56,030 bases of DNA from a virus (lineage: Duplodnaviria; Caudoviricetes): positions 1 to 56,030 of the IMG/VR virus record IMGVR_UViG_3300012953_000002. One strand, 5' to 3'. Positions 49,971 through 56,030 of this stretch are shown here, in pieces. A program made the translations under genes and the position numbers. The notes beneath the pieces are model-generated. The model was given only the letters and a program-made list of their open reading frames with translations, had not been told where the DNA came from and did no database searches. Positions within the stretch are counted from its first letter, which is position 1; each line of letters opens with the position of its first letter.

Positions 49971-50053
49971 ATAAGGGGTACAACAACTGGTCCTATAAGT
50001 CCATAACCTGACACTGCGATGGTGAGGCAAAGGAATATGTGAGTACCCCTTAT
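49971..50053 (+). other. Structured intergenic element upstream of primase-helicase
   Basis: Perfect 11-bp inverted repeat ATAAGGGGTAC/GTACCCCTTAT enclosing TCCT/AGGA and CCAT/ATGG helices. Confidence 0.6.
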
Positions 50054-50072
50054 ATAACCAAAAGGAGAGGAT

Positions 50073-51821
50073 ATGATTAAAGAATTTGCGTTCGGATTAT
50101 CAAATAGACATCATTTTCAAGATGCTGATGATATAGAAGGATGGGAAGGAATAGAGAATGATACGTTTTGTTCTCTATATGATTATGATGAAGATGTAAA
50201 GAACTATTATAGTGATAATAAATCTTTATCAGGCTTTGATGGTAAGATATATATACCCAATGAATTCTTACTTGATGTAGATGGTGAAAATACACCAGAT
50301 GCAAGAGATAAATTAGGTGGTTTACTTGAACTCCTAAAACAACTAGATGTTCCCAGTAAAGTTTATTTTAGTGGAACTGGCTTTCATGTTGGGATACATC
50401 AAAGTGCATTTAAATGGGAAGCTCATAAAGATTTACACATAGCTGTAAAAAAAGAGTTAACAGATAAAGGTATATTTAATATAGCTGACCCTTCAGTAAC
50501 AGATAAGACTAGAATTATTAGAATAAATAATACTAGAAATAGTAAATCTGGTTTATTTAAAGTACAAATAAAGGATGATTTTATTGATAAAATGATGAAT
50601 TGTGACGAAGAAGACTTTAAAGAGTTTATTAAAAATTACGCTTCAGAACAAAAAGAAGTTGAACCTGTAGATCCTGTAGATAATCCTGTATTTGATGTTA
50701 TAGTTAAAGAAGTATCTAAACCTCAAGTTTCTCAAGTAAAAATACATGATAGTGCACATCATACATGCATTCAAAAAATGATGGAAGGAGCTCCAAGAGG
50801 TAAAAGACATATGGTAGCATTAAGAATTGCTTCATATCTTAGATGGAGATTCCCTGAAGATATTGTGTATATGATCATGGAAAACTGGAGACAAAAAGTA
50901 AGTATTGAAAGTCCATTTAAAGAAGAAGAAATGATTAATATAATAAAAGGTTGTTATACTGGTCATGGTGGTCAAGGATATACTTATGGATGGGATGACC
51001 CTATAATTAAATTCTATTGTGATAGTACATGTAAATTGCATAGAGGTAGAAAAAGTTTAAGAACAGAAACTGTTATGAGCGCTTCTGCTATGGAAAAAGA
51101 ATTAATTGAATTCTATGCTAAAGATCATGACCCTATTAATATAGGACATTTATATGGACAAGACTTTCCTATTTATCCAGGTGAAGTAGTTATTATACAA
51201 GCTCCACCTGCTAGTATGAAGACAATGTTATTACAGAACTGGATAGTTGCATTAAAGAAACCAACATATTTTATTGAAATGGAAATGTCTCCAAGACAAA
51301 TATGGTCTAGATTTGTAATGATAGAAAATAAATGGACTCACGAGCAATTAGAACAACATTATAGTCAATTACAAAATGGACAAGAAGATAAGTTTGATTA
51401 TCTTACTGTAGATTACTCTTCTCCGTATCCTAGTGATATAGAAAAGAAAATATCTATGATGGAAAACAAACCTGAACTTGTTGTTGTTGATCATATGGGT
51501 CTATTTAAGAGTAAACGTCAAGATAATAACATGAAAGTAGAAGAAGCATCTCAAGCTCTTATGGAACTTGCAGTTAAATACAACGTAGTTGTATTTGCTG
51601 TTAGTGAAATAAGTAAATCTGCTTTTAAAGAAGGCATGGATATATCATCTTCTAGAGGTTCATTCCGTGTAGCATATAATGCTAATAAGCTATTATCATT
51701 AACACCATATAGAAATAAAGAAACAAATCTTATAGAAATGATACATGTTAAAAGTGATAAAAACAGAGAGAAAGAGTTTCTTAATGTTAGATTAAATGTA
51801 AATAACGTGAGGATAGAATGA
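50073..51821 (+). CDS. AEP primase-polymerase fused to PriCT and DnaB-like helicase
   Basis: LLDVD, FSGTGFHV, RIIRINNT; RHMVALRIASYL; APPASMKT, IEMEM, VVVDH. Confidence 0.85.
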   Translation: MIKEFAFGLSNRHHFQDADDIEGWEGIENDTFCSLYDYDEDVKNYYSDNKSLSGFDGKIYIPNEFLLDVDGENTPDARDKLGGLLELLKQLDVPSKVYFSGTGFHVGIHQSAFKWEAHKDLHIAVKKELTDKGIFNIADPSVTDKTRIIRINNTRNSKSGLFKVQIKDDFIDKMMNCDEEDFKEFIKNYASEQKEVEPVDPVDNPVFDVIVKEVSKPQVSQVKIHDSAHHTCIQKMMEGAPRGKRHMVALRIASYLRWRFPEDIVYMIMENWRQKVSIESPFKEEEMINIIKGCYTGHGGQGYTYGWDDPIIKFYCDSTCKLHRGRKSLRTETVMSASAMEKELIEFYAKDHDPINIGHLYGQDFPIYPGEVVIIQAPPASMKTMLLQNWIVALKKPTYFIEMEMSPRQIWSRFVMIENKWTHEQLEQHYSQLQNGQEDKFDYLTVDYSSPYPSDIEKKISMMENKPELVVVDHMGLFKSKRQDNNMKVEEASQALMELAVKYNVVVFAVSEISKSAFKEGMDISSSRGSFRVAYNANKLLSLTPYRNKETNLIEMIHVKSDKNREKEFLNVRLNVNNVRIE

Positions 51822-51958
51822 TGAAAAAAATGAGTGAAGCTAAAAAGAAAAGAATGCTTGATTGGTTTAAAAAACATCCTCAAAAAGATAAAGGTAGAAA
51901 TAAAAAACCAGCAATGACTAATAAATGGGGAATTGTTAGAAAGGGGAAGTTGAAATGA
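51818..51958 (+). CDS. Small basic protein, 46 aa
   Basis: ATGA coupling at both ends. Confidence 0.5.
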   Translation: MMKKMSEAKKKRMLDWFKKHPQKDKGRNKKPAMTNKWGIVRKGKLK

Positions 51959-52341
51959 AACACAGAGAAATGATAACTTTAATAGATTCAATACTTGATA
52001 GTGTTAAAACTATGCATACTGAAGGTCAAAAAGAATATGCTATGAACAAAGATAATGTATTTGCTAATTTTGAAAGAATAGCTAATCAAACAGGGAATGC
52101 ACAGGAGATGGTTCTTTGGATATATCTTATGAAGCATATAGATGGTATTGCATCTTATATTAAAGGTCATGTATCACAAAGAGAAAATGTAAAAGGTAGA
52201 TTAACAGACGCTATAGTATATTTATGTATACTCTGGGGAATGATAGAATCTAAAGAAGAAATGGAAGCTTTAAATAAGCAACAAGCTGAAGATATGTTAA
52301 AACAAAGCAAGGAGGTACAAAATGGCACGAGTTACGTCTAG
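51955..52341 (+). CDS. All-alpha protein, possibly nucleotide-modification-associated (DUF1599-like)
   Basis: KEYA...FANFE, LMKHID, RLTDAIVYL. Confidence 0.5.
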   Translation: MKHREMITLIDSILDSVKTMHTEGQKEYAMNKDNVFANFERIANQTGNAQEMVLWIYLMKHIDGIASYIKGHVSQRENVKGRLTDAIVYLCILWGMIESKEEMEALNKQQAEDMLKQSKEVQNGTSYV

Positions 52342-52606
52342 AATAGCCTATAAACAAATTAATGAAGATGGTACAGTAGTATCGCAAAGTGATTATATTA
52401 AATCATTTGTGTATGCTATACCTCATCAAAGTAAAGACTTTGGCATAACACTTCGAGAGTTGACTAGAGATACAGGATTCGACATTAATGCCGTATCAGG
52501 TAGAGTTAATGAACTTAAGAAGAATGGTGTTGTTGAAGAATGTCAGAAGCGTAGGTGTCGGATCACAGGTCGTTTAGTTACGCCAGTGACTTACGTAACT
52601 GATTAA
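52322..52606 (+). CDS. Winged-HTH DNA-binding protein
   Basis: TLRELTRDTGFDINAVSGRVNELKKNG. Confidence 0.75.
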   Translation: MARVTSRIAYKQINEDGTVVSQSDYIKSFVYAIPHQSKDFGITLRELTRDTGFDINAVSGRVNELKKNGVVEECQKRRCRITGRLVTPVTYVTD

Positions 52607-52614
52607 TTGCTAAT

Positions 52615-52652
52615 ATAATAGGGGAGTCAGTGCTTAGAGGCTCCCTTATTAT
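52615..52652 (+). terminator. Intergenic hairpin
   Basis: ATAATAGGGGAGTC/GGCTCCCTTATTAT. Confidence 0.5.
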
Positions 52653-52669
52653 GAAACAAAGGGGAAGAT

Positions 52670-53533
52670 ATGAAATATGTAAATAGAAAGGCAATGAAGA
52701 TTAGAGAATCAGGGCGTAGTAGTGATTTTATTACTCCTAGCTTTGGTTTTGGTTGTTTATACAAGTGTACGTATTGTTATATGCGTAGACATGTTCCAAA
52801 TGGGCTTACAATAGCTCAAAATCCTGAAGATATACTTATAGCTATAGAAAACCATAGTAATGAACTTAAATGGCCTAAAAAGCCTAATCAAACACATGAA
52901 GAATATTATAGTTATGATTTTAGTTGCAATGAAGACTTTGTATTACATTCTAGGTATCATGATTGGAGACTTGTATTTGATTATTTTAAATATCATGAAA
53001 AAGCTATGGGTACTGCTGCTACTAAATATGTTAATAAAGATTTATTAGATTATGATGCAGATAGAAAAATACGAATTAGGTTTAGTATTATGCCTCAACA
53101 ATTAGCTGATAAATTAGAACCTGGGACATCTAAAATACTAGATAGAATTAAAGCTGTAAATGATTTTTATGAAGCAGGTTATGATGTTCATTTAAATTAT
53201 TCTCCAGTAATAGTACATAAAGATTCTAGAGATATGTATATAGATTTATTTGAGGCTGTTGATAAGTATGTTGATAATAGTATTAAAGATAAAGTAAAAT
53301 GTGAAGTAATATTCTTAACACATAATAAACAAATGCATCAATATAATTTAGATAACAATAAAACAGAACAAGAAGAGTTATTATGGAAGCCTAACATACA
53401 AGAAACTAAAATATCTCAATATGGTAATACTAATATTAGATATAAGTATGATTATAAATGGCGTTGTATATCAAAGTTTAAAGAATTACATAACTTTGTA
53501 TTGCCATGGCAAGAAATAAGATACATATTCTAG
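52670..53533 (+). CDS. splB: Spore photoproduct lyase-family radical SAM enzyme
   Basis: GCLYKCTYCY (CxxxCxxC), ATKYVN, RIRFS, EPGTS...RIKAVN...GYDVHLNYSPVI. Confidence 0.85.
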   Translation: MKYVNRKAMKIRESGRSSDFITPSFGFGCLYKCTYCYMRRHVPNGLTIAQNPEDILIAIENHSNELKWPKKPNQTHEEYYSYDFSCNEDFVLHSRYHDWRLVFDYFKYHEKAMGTAATKYVNKDLLDYDADRKIRIRFSIMPQQLADKLEPGTSKILDRIKAVNDFYEAGYDVHLNYSPVIVHKDSRDMYIDLFEAVDKYVDNSIKDKVKCEVIFLTHNKQMHQYNLDNNKTEQEELLWKPNIQETKISQYGNTNIRYKYDYKWRCISKFKELHNFVLPWQEIRYIF

Positions 53534-53541
53534 GAGGTAGT

Positions 53542-53685
53542 ATGACAGAAAAAAAGAAAAGTGTTTTTCCTAAAATGACTAGTGTAGGTCGAATAAAGTA
53601 TAAAAAGAAAAATACTAAGAAAATTAAGAAAATTGAAGAAGATAGAAAAAAGCGTGAAATAGAATGGAGAAAATGGTGGTCATGA
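53542..53685 (+). CDS. Small basic protein, 47 aa
   Basis: AGGAGG RBS. Confidence 0.55.
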   Translation: MTEKKKSVFPKMTSVGRIKYKKKNTKKIKKIEEDRKKREIEWRKWWS

Positions 53686-53843
53686 GAGTTACTGAATACA
53701 TACATTTTATTACACGTAAAGATTTGCATTTAGGTAGAAACCCAAGAGATAAAGATTATACACACTTTACACCTTGGAATATACATAAACGTCAAAGATA
53801 CTATTATCAATGTAAATTAAAGGGAAAGGAGCCCGTATTATGA
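53682..53843 (+). CDS. Hypothetical protein, 53 aa
   Basis: ATGA coupling at both ends. Confidence 0.5.
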   Translation: MRVTEYIHFITRKDLHLGRNPRDKDYTHFTPWNIHKRQRYYYQCKLKGKEPVL

Positions 53844-54010
53844 GTTATATAAAACAATTATTTGATGATATTGATAAAACAAATGATGAAACTGTTGTTG
53901 AATTAGTTAAATATAGATATGCTTACGATATATTTATGGAATACTGGGAAAGTATGCCAGAAGATAAAAGAACAGAAGCTAACAAAAGACTTGAAGGACT
54001 TGGTCTTTGA
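53840..54010 (+). CDS. Hypothetical protein, 56 aa
   Basis: AAGGAG RBS, coupling. Confidence 0.55.
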   Translation: MSYIKQLFDDIDKTNDETVVELVKYRYAYDIFMEYWESMPEDKRTEANKRLEGLGL

Positions 54011-54213
54011 TATTTGGAGTAGTCAAATATTTAGGTAAAGTTAATGAAAAGTGTAATATGTGCCATGACATAAAATATACTGACAGATATTTATGGATTG
54101 GCTTTATTACTGAACAAGAACTAAGAATATGCGCTAAATGTGCAGAAAGGGAAGGAGGTAGAAAGATATGGAAAGAAAAAAGCCAACAATTAAAGAAGTT
54201 GTCGCAAAAGTAG
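54007..54213 (+). CDS. Small Zn-finger protein
   Basis: CNMC...CAKC, TTG start. Confidence 0.55.
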   Translation: MIFGVVKYLGKVNEKCNMCHDIKYTDRYLWIGFITEQELRICAKCAEREGGRKIWKEKSQQLKKLSQK

Positions 54214-54398
54214 AATCATTAACAAGAATTAATAATATTGCTATAGAAATGATTGATAACCTTGGTAACTTTTTAAAACAGTATATAGAATTTAAGGGAG
54301 ATGCTAAAGATTTTCATGAATATCAAAAAGAAATTTTAGAAGCTAGTGCTAAATTGAAAGGAGAATCAAATGGAACAAAAATCATTGAACCCAAATAG
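54168..54398 (+). CDS. Hypothetical protein
   Basis: 76 aa, AGGAGG RBS. Confidence 0.6.
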   Translation: MERKKPTIKEVVAKVESLTRINNIAIEMIDNLGNFLKQYIEFKGDAKDFHEYQKEILEASAKLKGESNGTKIIEPK

Positions 54399-54621
54399 GG
54401 ATTTATGGTTTACATGTAATGTATGTGGAACAGAATATGATGAGCACTGTGAAGAAATAGTTCCAAAACAAGACATAAGAGGTACTATTGAATGGGCTAA
54501 TACACCTACATTAGATGCTAATAAATGGGATGCTATAACTAAATCAACTATAAGGGGAAAATATGAAAGTAAAGAGTGCGAAAGCAAAGGGACGGAATCT
54601 ACAAAATTTAGTAAGGGATAA
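54370..54621 (+). CDS. Hypothetical protein with CxxC
   Basis: 83 aa, AGGAG RBS. Confidence 0.55.
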   Translation: MEQKSLNPNRDLWFTCNVCGTEYDEHCEEIVPKQDIRGTIEWANTPTLDANKWDAITKSTIRGKYESKECESKGTESTKFSKG

Positions 54622-54931
54622 GCTTAGATCTATCTTCGTTGATCTGTGGACTAAAATGCCACGGCTCGAGTATGATGATATTAAGTCACAGACTATGGGA
54701 ATGGGAGGCGAAGATATTGTACTATCTCCAATAGCAAAAAAGCTTATTCCTTACAGCTTTGAATGTAAGAATACAGAAAGACTAAACTTGTGGGGGTCTT
54801 TAAAACAATGTGAAGATAACTGTGAAGATAGAGAACCAGTATTAATAATTAAAAGAAATAGATCGGAAGTGTATGCAGTTATCAAATTTGATTCATTTCT
54901 TAATAACATAAAGGAGAAACATGGAAAATAA
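54563..54931 (+). CDS. PD-(D/E)xK Holliday junction resolvase-like nuclease
   Basis: KAKGRNLQ, GGEDI, SFECKN. Confidence 0.8.
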   Translation: MKVKSAKAKGRNLQNLVRDKLRSIFVDLWTKMPRLEYDDIKSQTMGMGGEDIVLSPIAKKLIPYSFECKNTERLNLWGSLKQCEDNCEDREPVLIIKRNRSEVYAVIKFDSFLNNIKEKHGK

Positions 54932-55109
54932 ACCAATGAGAAAGTCAATAGATACAGTTAAAGTTCTACAACAATTAATATATAAAATGGAAGAAAGAAA
55001 AGAAGAGAATCCTGAATATATAATAAGGAACATTCAATTAATTGATAAAATAGGAGAAATATTAAATAACTTTAAAGAAGAAATGAAACAATCTTTAATA
55101 AAGACTTAA
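54921..55109 (+). CDS. Hypothetical protein, last gene of the plus arm
   Basis: 62 aa; its end overlaps the stop of the converging minus-strand gene. Confidence 0.55.
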   Translation: MENKPMRKSIDTVKVLQQLIYKMEERKEENPEYIIRNIQLIDKIGEILNNFKEEMKQSLIKT

Positions 55110-55907
55110 TACATTTTCTGCTTTACTAGAAACAGAGGCACGTTTGTTGCCTCTTTTTCTTCTTTCATCTAACCAATCTAATGCATCTAAAACTGGATCA
55201 GGAGCATAATCTTCTATAATTTCATCTTTCATTTCTTTATATAATTTTGCTTTTTTAGTAGGGAAAATATTAAGTTCATATGCCAACGCTCTTTCAGGAT
55301 AACCACTAAATGCCATATCTGATGTTTTATACAAACTTCTTTGCAATTGTATATTAGCAATGCTCATTAGTTTTGCAGCTTTTTGATCATTATCTAGTGC
55401 TGCTGCATCACTATAACCAACTAATAATGTTGTCCAATCCTCATCTTCTAATTCCCATAATTCAGCTAATTCTCCAAGAGTTAAAAAATCAGATAATACT
55501 GGAGCTCCAATTAAAGCACCAAGAGCACCTCTTCCATAACTAGCTTGTTTAACTTCTTCTTCATCTCCAGTAAAAAATTGAAACCAATTAGCTATTCTTT
55601 TAGCACTCTCATGTTCAATAAATCTAAACATATCTCTTTCAGTAAATGCAGTTACTAATGCAGGTGCTCCAAAATAAACTAAACCCATTCTAAATGCTTT
55701 CCCAATATTACCATCTAACTCAAAAGATGAAGCACTATGCCTAGCTTCTCTGCCAAGTTTTAAATTATACTCTAAAAATTTATGTGAATAATGTTGGAAC
55801 TGAAACATAAATCTTCCTACATCAGTTCGCATTAATTTAGATTTTGATACAGAAGAATAATCAAAATGCAATAAATTAACCATATTTTCTGCATATGCTT
55901 TAGATTT
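55095..55907 (-). CDS. C-terminal part of the same ~914-aa protein; resembles large polyvalent protein C-terminal regions
   Basis: In-frame continuation through the repeat. The segment HFDYS...GRFMFQFQHY resembles LPD38-type regions (by eye only). Confidence 0.8.
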   Translation of the reverse strand, partial: KSKAYAENMVNLLHFDYSSVSKSKLMRTDVGRFMFQFQHYSHKFLEYNLKLGREARHSASSFELDGNIGKAFRMGLVYFGAPALVTAFTERDMFRFIEHESAKRIANWFQFFTGDEEEVKQASYGRGALGALIGAPVLSDFLTLGELAELWELEDEDWTTLLVGYSDAAALDNDQKAAKLMSIANIQLQRSLYKTSDMAFSGYPERALAYELNIFPTKKAKLYKEMKDEIIEDYAPDPVLDALDWLDERRKRGNKRASVSSKAENVLSLY

Positions 55908-56030
55908 ACGTTTTAATATATCTTCCCATTGCTTGCTAGTCATTTTGCCATCAAATTTCTCATTCATCATGTCTTTAAAACGAGGATTTTTAGCTAATTC
56001 TGTCCACATTTTATAAAAACCTACTTTATA
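55908..56030. repeat. Terminal direct repeat, copy 2
   Basis: Identical to 1-123. Confidence 0.97.

Noticed and set aside
41695-54948. Minus-strand ORFs in the early/replication arm (e.g. 43921..44103, 44555..44857, 51551..51991)
   Set aside because: Antisense to coupled plus-strand genes or RNAs, no evident RBS, shadow-like composition.
55908-56030. 123-bp repeat as a biological terminal repeat
   Set aside because: It falls mid-gene and preserves the reading frame, as expected for an assembler circular overlap.
1-56030. Stop-codon reassignment as in some crAss-like phages
   Set aside because: Long ORFs are intact in the standard code, TAA, TAG and TGA all end coupled genes, and there is no suppressor tRNA.
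1-56030. Prophage, DGR, intron or intein
   Set aside because: No integrase, reverse transcriptase, homing endonuclease, intein motifs or host flanks were recognised.

Overview
This is a complete, circularly assembled, AT-rich tailed-phage genome. Bases 1-123 repeat at 55908-56030, giving a 55,907 bp unit; it uses the standard code and strong GGAG(G) Shine-Dalgarno sites. Two arms diverge from about 41.4-41.8 kb. The minus arm is podovirus-like morphogenesis: terminases, a P22-like portal broken by a 1-nt frameshift, scaffold, major capsid, adaptors, lysis genes, tail/fibres and ejection-type proteins. It ends in a 2900-aa protein with two-barrel RNA polymerase motifs (RYP...GDYDID) and a 914-aa protein that spans the contig junction. 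The plus arm opens with a non-coding RNA island (tRNA-CAT, a ROOL-like large RNA, several other structured RNAs). It then carries a compact ubiquitin-like conjugation cassette (Ubl-GG-SY, E2-like, JAB protease, E1/ThiF), ERF, SSB, AEP primase-helicase, an SplB-like radical SAM enzyme and a resolvase. I recognised no DNA polymerase or integrase. All family calls come from motif reading by eye, not database searches.
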